A stretch of 64,000 nucleotides of DNA from Pseudomonas aeruginosa PAO1 (GTDB lineage: Bacteria > Pseudomonadota > Gammaproteobacteria > Pseudomonadales > Pseudomonadaceae). The position numbers and the translations under genes are program-made. The number at the start of each line of letters is the position of its first letter. Position 1 is the stretch's first letter. The stretch lies in NCBI RefSeq assembly GCF_000006765.1, contig NC_002516.2, one strand, 5' to 3'. The notes under the pieces are model-generated. The model was not told where the DNA came from, did no database searches, and was given only the letters and a program-made list of their open reading frames with translations. Shown piece after piece: positions 50,384 to 60,055 of the stretch.

Positions 50384-52825
50384 GTGCATTTTTCCCTCCG
50401 CAGTCGCCACCTGCGTCCTTCATTGCTCGCCAGCAGCCTGCTCCTGGCGGTGTCGGCCCAGGGCCAGGAAAAGCTCGACGTGGATCTGCCCGCCGCGCCG
50501 CTCGGCCAGGCGATCAACGCCCTCGCGCAACAATCCTCGGTACAGATCCTTTTCGCCGGCGATCTCGGCGCCGGCCGCCAGGCGCCCGCGCTGAAGGGGC
50601 GTTTCACCCCCGAAGAGGCATTGCGCCAGTTGCTCAGGGATAGCGGCCTGAAGGCGCAGGCCAGGGACGAACATACCTTCATCGTCGTTCCGGCCAGCGA
50701 AGCCGCCGTGCCCGCTACGCAAGCCCGCAGCGAACCGCTGGACATGGAGCAGATGGAAATCACCGCCTCGCGCACCAGCAGCGACCTGGTCTCCGCCACG
50801 CGCCAGTCCACCGTCATCGAGCATGCCCAACTGGAGGAGCTGCGCCAGGGCTCCGACAGCCTGGCCACCGTGCTGGCCAAGGCGGTGCCGGGGATGTCCG
50901 ATTCCAGCCGCACCATCACCGAATACGGCCAGACCCTGCGCGGGCGCAGCATGCTGGTGATGGTCGACGGCGTGCCGCTGAACACCAACCGCGACTCCTC
51001 GCGCAACCTGGCCAACATCGACCCGGCGCTGATCGAGCGGATCGAGGTCATCCGTGGCAGCAGCGCCATCTACGGCAGCGGCGCCACCGGCGGGATCATC
51101 TCCATCACCACCCGTCCGGCCGGCGGCGAGAACCGCGCGGAAACCCGCCTCAGCGCCACCTCGCCGCTGACCCGGCTGGGCAGCGATGGCCTCGGCGGCC
51201 AGTTCCAGCAATACTTCGCCGGCTCCCTGGGGGCGCTCGACTATTCGTTCGACTTCGGCACCCGCCACGTCGGCGCTTCCTACGACGCCCATGGCGACCG
51301 CATCGCCCCGGAACCCAGCCAGGGCGACCTGTTCGACTCGAACGTCTACAACATCGGCGGCAAGCTCGGCCTGCGCATCGACGAGAACCAGCGCGTGCAG
51401 CTCGCCCTCAGCCACTACGACGCCCGCCAGGACACCGACTACGCCACCGACCCGAGGGTCGCCAGGCTGCCGCCGGGCTCGGTCCCGGCCAACGCGATCA
51501 AAGGCCTGGAGCTGGACGAGCAGAACCGCATCCGCAACACCCTGGCGAACCTCGAGTACGAGAACCTCGACATCCTCGGCAGCCGGCTCTCCGCGCAGCT
51601 CTACTACCGCGACTATTTCACCCGCTTCACTCCGTTCGACGCCCGCGCCGTCTCCACCCGCGGCGGCAATGTCGACCAGATCATGCAGAACAGCGAAGTG
51701 TTCGGCAGCCGCCTGACCCTGCGCACGCCGCTGGGCGAAAGCGGCAATACCGAACTGGTCTGGGGCGGCGACTACAACCAGGAACGCAGCGACATGCCGC
51801 TCGACGTGTTCGACCCGGCGGCCTACGACGCCAGCGGCGGGCTGGTCTTCGACAAGATCGGCAAGCTCACCTACATGCCGCCGCTACGCACCCGCAGCGC
51901 CGGCGCGTTCGCCCAGTTGCAGCATCGCTTCGACGAACACTGGTCGATCGACGGCGGCCTGCGCTACGAATACTCCACCGCCGAATTCGACGACTTCATC
52001 CCGCTCTCCGAGTCCAAGGCCGCCTCGCCGGTGACCGTCAAGGGCGGCGACCTCGACTACGACGCGGTGCTGTCGAACCTCGGCATCGTCTATTCGCCGG
52101 TGGCTGGCCAGGAAATCTATGCCTCCTTCAGCCAGGGCTTCCAGTTGCCCGATGTCGGCATCCAGCTGCGCAACGCCCGCCGTGGCTTCGATATCGGCTC
52201 CTCGAACCTCGAACCGGTGAAGACCAACAACTACGAACTCGGCTGGCGTGGCGCCATCGGCGGCAACACCCTGGGCAGCCTGGCGCTGTTCTACACCACC
52301 TCCAAGCTGGGCGACGTGCAGAGCTTCAACAACGGCCTGATCCTCACCCGCACCAAGGAGCGCATCTACGGCGTCGAGGCCAGCGCCGACTGGCTCAGCG
52401 ACGACGAAGTCTGGGGCGCGGGCGGCAGCGCCACCTGGATGCGCGGACGCGAGAAGCCGGACGGCAAGGACTGGCAGGACATGACCGGCTACCGCGTGCC
52501 GCCGCTGAAGCTGACCGCCTACCTGCAATACAAGCCGGATGCCGACTGGAACAACCGTCTGCAGGCCACCTTCTTCGACTCCAAGGACTACCGTCTCGAC
52601 GGCGTGGAAAGCTTCGGCCGGCGCCAGGTCAGCACCTACACCACGGTCGACCTGGTCAGCCAGTACCGCATCACCCCCGACGACCAGTTGAGCCTGGGCA
52701 TCCAGAACCTGTTCAACCGCGACTACTACCCGCTCTACAGCCAGTTGCTGCGCAACAACAACAACACCAGCCACCTGCCGGCGCCGGGCACGGTGCTGAC
52801 GGCGAGCTATACGCACAACTGGTGA
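50384..52825 (+). CDS. TonB-dependent siderophore transducer with N-terminal STN domain (IutA/RhtA-like)
   Basis: STN (LPAAPLGQAINALAQQ), LRGRSMLVMVDGVP, IEVIRGSSAIYG; GTG start 50384. Confidence 0.92.
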   Translation: MHFSLRSRHLRPSLLASSLLLAVSAQGQEKLDVDLPAAPLGQAINALAQQSSVQILFAGDLGAGRQAPALKGRFTPEEALRQLLRDSGLKAQARDEHTFIVVPASEAAVPATQARSEPLDMEQMEITASRTSSDLVSATRQSTVIEHAQLEELRQGSDSLATVLAKAVPGMSDSSRTITEYGQTLRGRSMLVMVDGVPLNTNRDSSRNLANIDPALIERIEVIRGSSAIYGSGATGGIISITTRPAGGENRAETRLSATSPLTRLGSDGLGGQFQQYFAGSLGALDYSFDFGTRHVGASYDAHGDRIAPEPSQGDLFDSNVYNIGGKLGLRIDENQRVQLALSHYDARQDTDYATDPRVARLPPGSVPANAIKGLELDEQNRIRNTLANLEYENLDILGSRLSAQLYYRDYFTRFTPFDARAVSTRGGNVDQIMQNSEVFGSRLTLRTPLGESGNTELVWGGDYNQERSDMPLDVFDPAAYDASGGLVFDKIGKLTYMPPLRTRSAGAFAQLQHRFDEHWSIDGGLRYEYSTAEFDDFIPLSESKAASPVTVKGGDLDYDAVLSNLGIVYSPVAGQEIYASFSQGFQLPDVGIQLRNARRGFDIGSSNLEPVKTNNYELGWRGAIGGNTLGSLALFYTTSKLGDVQSFNNGLILTRTKERIYGVEASADWLSDDEVWGAGGSATWMRGREKPDGKDWQDMTGYRVPPLKLTAYLQYKPDADWNNRLQATFFDSKDYRLDGVESFGRRQVSTYTTVDLVSQYRITPDDQLSLGIQNLFNRDYYPLYSQLLRNNNNTSHLPAPGTVLTASYTHNW

Positions 52826-52933
52826 GGGGAGGGAGGAGCCACCGGGCCTGGGCCCGGTGGGTGTCTGGGCCGCGGCGTCGAGGGCTGCACGCCTTCGGAG
52901 AGAGGACGGTTGGGGGCGGGTTCTTGCGGGGGC

Positions 52934-52957
52934 GGCAGCTACCGGCCAATTGCGCTC
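52934..52957 (-). repeat. Cassette-junction motif copy (left bracket of the Fic module)
   Basis: GGCAGCTACCGGCCAATTGCGCTC; 17/24 to the reverse complement of the hand-built consensus. Confidence 0.5.
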
Positions 52958-53020
52958 AGTGTGCTGGGCACTCCGGGCCTGGATTGCGCGAAATCCCATA
53001 CATCCTCCGGCCTGGAGAGG

Positions 53021-53791
53021 TTAGGGTTCGGAGTCGGGTGTGCCATCTTTGGCTGGGTAGGGATGCTCGGCGTGATACGCCGCATAGACTTTCTGAACCT
53101 CGGGATCATCGAGGTTTTCGTAGGTAATGTTCTCACCATCCATACCATCGAGTCCGTTGATTTGCCCGATGATCTCAGGCCACTGATCACGGCTGTGGAT
53201 AGGCACAACGAATGGGACAAGGTAGCGGTCCAGGTGACCCTTGCCAGGATTGTGAATCTCATCGTCCAGGGCCTGGAGATAGTCGTCCTTGCGTGTGCTG
53301 GCCCAGTCGATGGCAAAGCCGGCTCGATAACTGAGCTCCATGTAGAACAGCAGAATCGAGCGTCCGTTGCCGTCTAGAAAGGGATGCGCAAAGCAAAGAA
53401 GTCCCATGACCTCACCGGGCTTCTGCATGAATCCCTGCTTCTTGCTCGCCAGGCTCAGGGCATAGTCCACCGCGCGTTCGATCATCGCGGGACTTTCGAA
53501 GAAGGTACGTCTGGGAGCGCCCTTGGGACCTTTCCAGACAGAAAGATGAGGGACCAGCTCGAGACGGTCACGCCCGGCCCAGGGGTAGAATTTCTCGAAC
53601 AACAACCTGTGTACCTGCAAAAGGGCCTGGTAGTTCAGGTTCTTTGTGCGTTCGAGATAGGAAAGGGCTTCATCGAGCCCCATTTCGAAGGAGAAGTGTT
53701 CGTTTTCCTTCACTTCCGCCGGATCTTTCAGACCCAAGCTGTTGCGCAGGTAGCCAGTCGTTTCGAAGTCACCAAAGGGATCGAAACTCAT
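53021..53791 (-). CDS. Fic-domain protein (class I FicT-like)
   Basis: HPFLDGNGRSIL motif at 53351-53386; final Arg of the canonical motif is Leu. Confidence 0.9.
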   Translation of the reverse strand: MSFDPFGDFETTGYLRNSLGLKDPAEVKENEHFSFEMGLDEALSYLERTKNLNYQALLQVHRLLFEKFYPWAGRDRLELVPHLSVWKGPKGAPRRTFFESPAMIERAVDYALSLASKKQGFMQKPGEVMGLLCFAHPFLDGNGRSILLFYMELSYRAGFAIDWASTRKDDYLQALDDEIHNPGKGHLDRYLVPFVVPIHSRDQWPEIIGQINGLDGMDGENITYENLDDPEVQKVYAAYHAEHPYPAKDGTPDSEP

Positions 53792-54048
53792 CCACCAGGT
53801 ATCTCTTTCGCCTTGCGCTTCTCGATGACGTAGCGGCGCTGGAGATCGAACGCCTGGGACTTGCTTAGTGCGCCTTTGCGCTTGAGGTTGATCAGCATCT
53901 GCTCAACGCTATCGAGAGATACCGAGTCGCCGGCCAGGCACGTGATGGTGAGCGCCATCCGGCTCAGACCATCGCGCTCCGCGCTAACGCCATTGGCCTG
54001 GGCAAGTCTCTGAATTTCGGTTGCGACTAAGCCTTTGCTCTTTTTCAT
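53788..54048 (-). CDS. Putative FicA/VbhA-like antitoxin (86 aa)
   Basis: ATGA overlap with fic; AAGGGG SD; SAERDG resembles the (S/T)xxxE(G/N) motif. Confidence 0.6.
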   Translation of the reverse strand: MKKSKGLVATEIQRLAQANGVSAERDGLSRMALTITCLAGDSVSLDSVEQMLINLKRKGALSKSQAFDLQRRYVIEKRKAKEIPGG

Positions 54049-54177
54049 CGGTAAACCCCTTTCCATTCCGCAACTTTAGCATCAAAGCCATACATACGCG
54101 GGACCGCTCGACAGCACGAACTCGGCTGCCCCAGCACGTCAGTGTCGCGGCACGCATCCTCCAGCCCTGCATCGAGT

Positions 54178-54200
54178 GTCCGCTCACGACCGGTTTTGCC
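54178..54200 (+). repeat. Cassette-junction motif copy (right bracket of the Fic module)
   Basis: GTCCGCTCACGACCGGTTTTGCC. Confidence 0.5.
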
Positions 54201-54214
54201 TGCGACGAATGGGC

Positions 54215-55051
54215 TCAGAACACGACCTGCCCTGACATGCCCGGCTGCACCTCGCCGCCGATCCAGATATCGCCGCCGATCTGCTCGACGCTTATCCGCC
54301 CCCGGCGACCCAAGGCCGTGCCCTGGCTCGCCGTGTAGCGCCCGGGCATGACTCCCGTGCCGATCAGCCATTGCGCCAGGCTCGCGTTGAGGCTGCCGGT
54401 AACGGGGTCTTCATTGAGTTCCTCGCCCATGAAGGCGCGCACTTCCACATCCGCCTCCGCCTGGGGACCTTGCCAAGGCGCGACCACGCCCACGTTGAGC
54501 CCGTCGAGCTTCGCGTAGTCCGGGCGGATGGCCAGGACCTCGTCACGCGTGGCCAGCCGAACGGCGACCCAGCCGGGTCCGTTGTCCACCCATTGGCTGC
54601 CGAGTACCTGCCCCGGGGACAGGCCAAGCCCGCTCTCGATCCGTCGCAACACCTCGTCTTCGACCGCTCCGCCACGAAGCAGGGGAGGCGCCGCGAACGA
54701 CAGCAAGGCGCCCTTGCGGCGGATGCGGATCAGGCCCGCCAGACACTCCTGGACGATCTCGTCAGCAGCATTGCCGCCCCCCTGGTTCAGCCAGACCTGG
54801 CAGCTCCCCAGCGTCGGATGCCCGGCAAAGGGCAACTCCCGCAGCGGGGTGAAGATCCTCACGCGATAGTCGGCTTCGGCAACGGTCGGCCGCAGCAGGA
54901 AGGTCGTCTCGCTCAACTGGGTCCAGGCAGCGAACTCCAGCATCTGCTGGCTGCTCAGGCGGTCGGCACCAATCACCACGGCAACGGCGTTGCCTTTGAA
55001 GGGCTGTTCGGAGAAGACATCGACTTGCTCGAAGGGTAACGAAACCGGCAT
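54215..55051 (-). CDS. PhzF-family isomerase/epimerase
   Basis: VDVFSEQPFKGN, SETTFL, ELPFAGHPTLG, EDPVTGS; start at MPVSLP. Confidence 0.93.
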   Translation of the reverse strand: MPVSLPFEQVDVFSEQPFKGNAVAVVIGADRLSSQQMLEFAAWTQLSETTFLLRPTVAEADYRVRIFTPLRELPFAGHPTLGSCQVWLNQGGGNAADEIVQECLAGLIRIRRKGALLSFAAPPLLRGGAVEDEVLRRIESGLGLSPGQVLGSQWVDNGPGWVAVRLATRDEVLAIRPDYAKLDGLNVGVVAPWQGPQAEADVEVRAFMGEELNEDPVTGSLNASLAQWLIGTGVMPGRYTASQGTALGRRGRISVEQIGGDIWIGGEVQPGMSGQVVF

Positions 55052-55163
55052 GGGGCCTCCTGGGGTTGTGGCGGGGGAGGATAAGGCAGGGGGCGGACGT
55101 CTGAAACCGGGGTGCGGATTTTCGGGGGGCTTGGGGGCTCTCGTCAGGGGCCGCAATCGGCCC

Positions 55164-56825
55164 AGGCCGTGTAAAAAACACAGCGAGCGCTGGGTAGCCG
55201 GATATGGAATGGTTTTAATGATATCCGGCGGCCTCCTGGACGCGTGGTGTGTCCATCCGGGGCATTCAGCTGATTCGGCAAGTGCTGCTTCCACGATTCT
55301 GTGCGAGGCGTTCGGAGGGCTGCCAATGAGGTTTCAGGCCTTCATTGCCGCTATCAGCGCACTATTGCCCAGCAGGTTCAGCACCCGTTTGAAGTTGTAG
55401 GCGAGCACATGCAGGCTCATTTCCGTGCTCACGCGGTTGAGCGTCTTGGTAAGGAAATGGGTGGCGCCCATCCATGCCTTCAGTGTGCCGAAAGGATGCT
55501 CCACTGTCTGGCGGCGGATACGCATCATCTCCGGTGCCTGATCCAGGCGGGACTGCACCGCGTTGAGCACCGACTCGTGCTCCCAGCGACTCACTCGCCG
55601 CTGCGCGCTCGGTGTGCACTGATCTTTCAACGCACAGCCTTGGCAATTCGAATTCCAGTAACGGTGCAGCTTCAGGCCTTTCTCAACCGTCGCAAAACGC
55701 CAGATCAGGCGTTCTCCCGCTGGGCAGCGGTACTCGTTCTGGGCTGTGTCGTAAATAAAATCATCTCGACCAAAGCGACCCGCTGCGGCAGCGCCTGAAG
55801 TCTTGGCTTTGGGGACGAAGGTGGTGATGCCAGCCTCGTGGCAGGAGAGGATTTCTTCGCCTTTGAAGTATCCACGATCGGCAACCACCGACAGCGATTG
55901 CGTTCCCATTGCCACCCACGCCTGCTTGGCCATCGCACTCAGTTGATCGCGGTCGATGCCATTGTTGGTGACCTCGTGCGTCACGATCAGATGATGCTTC
56001 GCCTCAACCGCAGCCTGGACGTTGTAACCGACCATGCTAGTGCCGCGCGTCATCATAGAATGTGCGTCGGGATCAGTAAGCGAAATCTGTTTGTCCGGGG
56101 TGGCCTCCAACTGAACTTCGATATCCCTGAGTTCCTGCATCTTCAGGGCGGCAATCTTGCTGTGCAAACGCTCGGATTTGGCCCGTGCCACAGCAGGCTC
56201 TTGCCGGTCGGCAGTGTCCAGCGCAGTGAGGTAGCGGCTGATGCAGGATTCGATCTCCTCCATTCGCCGTTGCAGCTTGGCACTGGTGAAGTTGCGGTCG
56301 CGAATGTTGACCGCCTTGAACTTGCTGCCGTCGATTGCCACCAGCGCTTCGGAGAACAAACTGAGTTGCTGGCACAGCACCACGAACTGCCGGCAGACAC
56401 CACGAATGGCTTTGCCGTTGTCCTTGCGGAAGTTGGCGATGGTCTTGAAGTCCGGCATCAGGCGTCCGGTCAGCCACATCAACTCGACGTTGCGTTGTGC
56501 TTCACGTTCGAGGCGGCGACTCGACTGGATGCGGTTGAGGTAACCGTAGATACAGATCTTCAGCAGGACGGCCGGGTGATACGCAGGGCGGCCAGTTTCG
56601 GCGGGAACCACGCCGCCGAAACCCAACCGCCCGAGATCGAGTTCATCGACGAACACATCGACTACTCGCACCGGATTGGTGTCCGCGACGTAATCATCCA
56701 GTCTCTCGGGCAGCAGTGTGCATTGGCCTCGATGCTCGCCTTGGATGAAACGCTTCATGGACTGTCCCCGCTATGACTGCCGACGGCAGGATAACAAGAG
56801 CACTAGCCACGTTTTTACACAGCCT
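55164..56825 (-). mobile_element. IS1182-family insertion sequence (~1.66 kb)
   Basis: Terminal IRs AGGCCGTGTAAAAAAC / GTTTTTACACAGCCT around a single transposase; no target duplication visible. Confidence 0.85.
55334..56758 (-). CDS. IS1182-family DDE transposase
   Basis: GRPAYHP, SSRRLE, PDFKTIANFR, AIDGSKFKA, ADRGY, VEHPFGTLK. Confidence 0.93.
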   Translation of the reverse strand: MKRFIQGEHRGQCTLLPERLDDYVADTNPVRVVDVFVDELDLGRLGFGGVVPAETGRPAYHPAVLLKICIYGYLNRIQSSRRLEREAQRNVELMWLTGRLMPDFKTIANFRKDNGKAIRGVCRQFVVLCQQLSLFSEALVAIDGSKFKAVNIRDRNFTSAKLQRRMEEIESCISRYLTALDTADRQEPAVARAKSERLHSKIAALKMQELRDIEVQLEATPDKQISLTDPDAHSMMTRGTSMVGYNVQAAVEAKHHLIVTHEVTNNGIDRDQLSAMAKQAWVAMGTQSLSVVADRGYFKGEEILSCHEAGITTFVPKAKTSGAAAAGRFGRDDFIYDTAQNEYRCPAGERLIWRFATVEKGLKLHRYWNSNCQGCALKDQCTPSAQRRVSRWEHESVLNAVQSRLDQAPEMMRIRRQTVEHPFGTLKAWMGATHFLTKTLNRVSTEMSLHVLAYNFKRVLNLLGNSALIAAMKA

Positions 56826-57122
56826 GGTCCGGTTGCTGCCCTTGGTCAGAGACCGCTAGCGACTCTGGATTCAACCGATCGCCGGAGCCTTACGGCCGGA
56901 AGTAGGCACTCCAGAACTCTTCAGGTTGGTCTCTCCGTTGTCAGCTTGACCTTCTGCATCGGGAACTCAGTCTTCAGGTTTGTACGCCCTTGCTACGAGC
57001 CTAGTGTTTGCCTGGAGCTGTCGGTACATGAGTCTCCTCTCCTGCGGTTCAACGGCACAATTCGGTCGGAAATCTGCTATATAGGCCATTTCCCCATGAA
57101 TGTATGGTCAAGGAAGGACGAT

Positions 57123-57875
57123 ATGAACCAGGAGCAGTTGGCGTCAGTAAACCTAAAGATAGGCAACTGTGACTTTAAGGGCGCAGCCGACGAAATGTTG
57201 GCGATTGCCAAATCTTTATCCGAGTCCGGCAGTGAGTCTTTGTCTGATTTTTTAGCCAGCTATGCGCACGGCTTGGCGGGAAGGAAATCTGACACCAGCA
57301 AGTTTTCACAGAGCCTCAAGGATAAAATTGAGAGGGGTGAAAAAGACCTGTCGGACAAGGGAGATCAGGTAAATACTCTCATGCATGAGGTATATGGCTA
57401 TTTTCTGGAATTTGAGAAGATATCCATCCTCCAGAATGCGCTGCTATTGCGCCCCATGTTTTTCAGGCTTGAGAATCGGGAAAATTTCCCGTTCATTGAA
57501 AAGTTTGTTAATGGTAGCGACACTTATATAACGGGTGAGAATTTTTACGAAGTATTCAAGAAGCAAATTAATTTCTACTTAAATCTGAGTGCGTATGGGG
57601 AGAAGTCAGTTTTACATATAGGGCAAAGGAAGACCAATATTGCTAAAGGGAAATACTGGAAGTTCGTCGAGCTTAGTGGCCAGTATAAACAAAAAATATC
57701 CTGCCTTGATCGGGTTCAGGTTTTGCTAGATGAGCAAGAGTCCTTGGAAAAGGAGTTGACGGGACTTAGAAGCAAGCTCAGAAGTAATAATGCCGCTGCT
57801 CATTTGTCTCAATCAGAGTTTAATAGGGATTTAGAGTCATTTATGACTGGTTTGGCCACTGAAGAGACTAAATAA
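57123..57875 (+). CDS. Hypothetical protein (250 aa), helical with C-terminal coiled coil
   Basis: AAGGAAGGA RBS before ATG 57123; low GC; 22 bp upstream of the next gene. Confidence 0.8.
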   Translation: MNQEQLASVNLKIGNCDFKGAADEMLAIAKSLSESGSESLSDFLASYAHGLAGRKSDTSKFSQSLKDKIERGEKDLSDKGDQVNTLMHEVYGYFLEFEKISILQNALLLRPMFFRLENRENFPFIEKFVNGSDTYITGENFYEVFKKQINFYLNLSAYGEKSVLHIGQRKTNIAKGKYWKFVELSGQYKQKISCLDRVQVLLDEQESLEKELTGLRSKLRSNNAAAHLSQSEFNRDLESFMTGLATEETK

Positions 57876-57897
57876 CCTGGATGAGTGAGGTGGGTTT

Positions 57898-59763
57898 GTG
57901 TCGAGCAAGGATGAAAATAAGAAGAATTCGCTGATGGATCTGGCGACTCTGGACGATTTTGCACGTATCAATCCAGCCTCAATTATGGCGATGAGTAACT
58001 CGTTGCACTTTCATACCCTGGAGCATACGTTTAGAGAGGCGGCCCAGACCGCAAAAAACGCTGGCGATGTCGCTGCTTTTAGGGCATTCAACGTCTTGGC
58101 GGTTGTCTGTAGCTACCACTTCAATCCCAGTAGACCAGATACCTTCTCTCCCCAGATCATTTTTAAGGGCAAGCGGACGCTTATTCCGAGTGATTACCTA
58201 GGCGAACAACAGGGAATTCTTGTCCAGATAGCCGAGCAGATTGACCATCCATTGCTTCGGGCTCGGATCGCTGATAGCTGTTGGCACGTCAACCGAAGAC
58301 TCCATGCTGTCGCCGCACTTGCCGCGAGTTCGTATTTGAATGCGGTAGAGCTCTTTTTCAAAAGAGAGCTGCTCGATCAATACGAGTCAGATTTTGCGGT
58401 TCCATTCAAGGTAGTTGATCTCATTGATCGGGCGTTTGCTATTTACGCCTTAGCTGGCAAGCAGAAAGAGATCCCGGAGAGTGCCAAGGATGTGCTGAAA
58501 CTGGCCTATGAAACAGCCAAGGACAATGAGTGCCTTGTCGCCTTCGTGAAGTTGTCATCCATTGCCCAGACCTGTGGGTTACTTGAGTGGCAAGACATTG
58601 CTGGCGCAGCAGAAGCGATAGCGAACGCCACGAAAGATAAGCTGTATGCCGATGCCGTTAAGAGGGTGTGGCTCCAAGCGGCTCGTGCTTATCTCAAGAT
58701 GGACGACAAGGAATCTGCTGTTAGATGCAGGGTGAATGCGGTCGAGCAGACGCTGCGAATGCGGGACGCAGTCAGCTCCGCCATGGCAAAAGCCTCATGG
58801 ACACGCAGCGCTATTGGTGAACTCCGTGCAATTGGCGGTATGGCGGTAAGAGTCGAGAGCCTCAAGATAGAACTCCAGCAGTACGAAGAGGATTCGCTTT
58901 CCGAGTTTGGCTCGTTCAGTGTGCCGGTGGACTTAACGGATGAGCGCCAGGCGACGATAGAGGAATTCGAGTCACTTGATGTTCACGAAATGCTGCTTAG
59001 GTTGGCATTCACATGTCGTGCCCCAGAAAAAATTGCCCTTCATAAAAACTGCCTGGAGAAGAGAGAAAAATACTTCTTTTCGTCGATGTCGGGTAAGTCC
59101 TATGCTGACGAACGAGGAAAGGTGATCGCGACAGCGCCGCCTGTGCCTCTAGGTAGTCAACCGCCAGAGGAATGGTTTGCTCACGAAAGCCTTAGTGAAG
59201 CGGGGCTTCACTACCATATTGCGACAGAGGCCTTTATTCGGCCAGCGTGCATAACGATGAGCCGTTGTCAGCTCATTGATGAGCGGCATTTTGAGCCCAT
59301 TGTCTGTAGCAGTGGATTCGTGCCGCCAGGGTTCGAGGCAATTTTCTCACAGGGCTTTTCTAAGCTAGTACAGGGGGACATGGTCTCGGCAGCTCACATG
59401 TTGATCCCGCAACTTGAGAACGCCCTTCGACATGTGCTGAACAATCGTAGATCGAATACCGCCAAGCTAAATGTAGATCTCACGCAGGAAGATCAGTCGC
59501 TCAAGCAGTTGCTCTCGAACTACTGGAGGGAAATAGAGCAGGTGTTCGGGGTAGATAACACGTATTTATTCCACATCCTGTTCAACCTAAAGGGTGGCCC
59601 TATGCTAAGGCACGAAGTGGCGCACGGGAAGCTCTCAACGGCGCAATGCTATGAGCCTTCATGCATATATGCGTGTTGGTTTATTTTCCACCTTACGTGT
59701 GTTCCTCTAGCCCCGCAGTGGAACTCAGTAATGGCAGGAGCGATTCAAGAAAATGCGAGCTAA
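57898..59763 (+). CDS. Large helical protein with C-terminal HEPN-type RNase motif (DUF4209-like)
   Basis: QLENALR (ExxxR) and RHEVAH (R-x4-H, 59608-59625) followed by GK. Confidence 0.78.
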   Translation: MSSKDENKKNSLMDLATLDDFARINPASIMAMSNSLHFHTLEHTFREAAQTAKNAGDVAAFRAFNVLAVVCSYHFNPSRPDTFSPQIIFKGKRTLIPSDYLGEQQGILVQIAEQIDHPLLRARIADSCWHVNRRLHAVAALAASSYLNAVELFFKRELLDQYESDFAVPFKVVDLIDRAFAIYALAGKQKEIPESAKDVLKLAYETAKDNECLVAFVKLSSIAQTCGLLEWQDIAGAAEAIANATKDKLYADAVKRVWLQAARAYLKMDDKESAVRCRVNAVEQTLRMRDAVSSAMAKASWTRSAIGELRAIGGMAVRVESLKIELQQYEEDSLSEFGSFSVPVDLTDERQATIEEFESLDVHEMLLRLAFTCRAPEKIALHKNCLEKREKYFFSSMSGKSYADERGKVIATAPPVPLGSQPPEEWFAHESLSEAGLHYHIATEAFIRPACITMSRCQLIDERHFEPIVCSSGFVPPGFEAIFSQGFSKLVQGDMVSAAHMLIPQLENALRHVLNNRRSNTAKLNVDLTQEDQSLKQLLSNYWREIEQVFGVDNTYLFHILFNLKGGPMLRHEVAHGKLSTAQCYEPSCIYACWFIFHLTCVPLAPQWNSVMAGAIQENAS

Positions 59764-59818
59764 GAGGTGGTGCTTAGGAGCTGTCTAAATCTCGAGGTTG
59801 CAATGCTCCACATGGGGC

Positions 59819-59845
59819 TGAATCGCCCCTAATTTCGTAGGCACC
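59819..59845 (+). mobile_element. Possible orphan IS3-family terminal inverted repeat
   Basis: TGAATCGCCCCTAATTTCGTAGGCACC resembles remembered IS3-family ends (TGAATCGCCCC...GTAGACACC); no transposase follows. Confidence 0.4.
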
Positions 59846-60055
59846 ACAGCAAAGACGTTTGAAGACCAGTTTAAGCCTCCCATCTGCGAAGTAGGTTAGG
59901 GGGCTAAGCGAGGGAGGGCGACTCCTCTCTCGCTTAATGGATGGAGGGTAAGTGTCGCTAAAGGTGCTGGTTGTAAGTACAGAGCCTTCCACGCATATCC
60001 TTCAGCAACGGTGACGCATTGAACGGCTGCTCTGAGGTGTGAAGGCAGCTCAGGC

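Noticed and set aside
56718-57122. N-terminal 135 codons of the track's 385-aa ORF
   Set aside because: They run through the IS end and junction repeats; the SD points to ATG 57123 as the real start.
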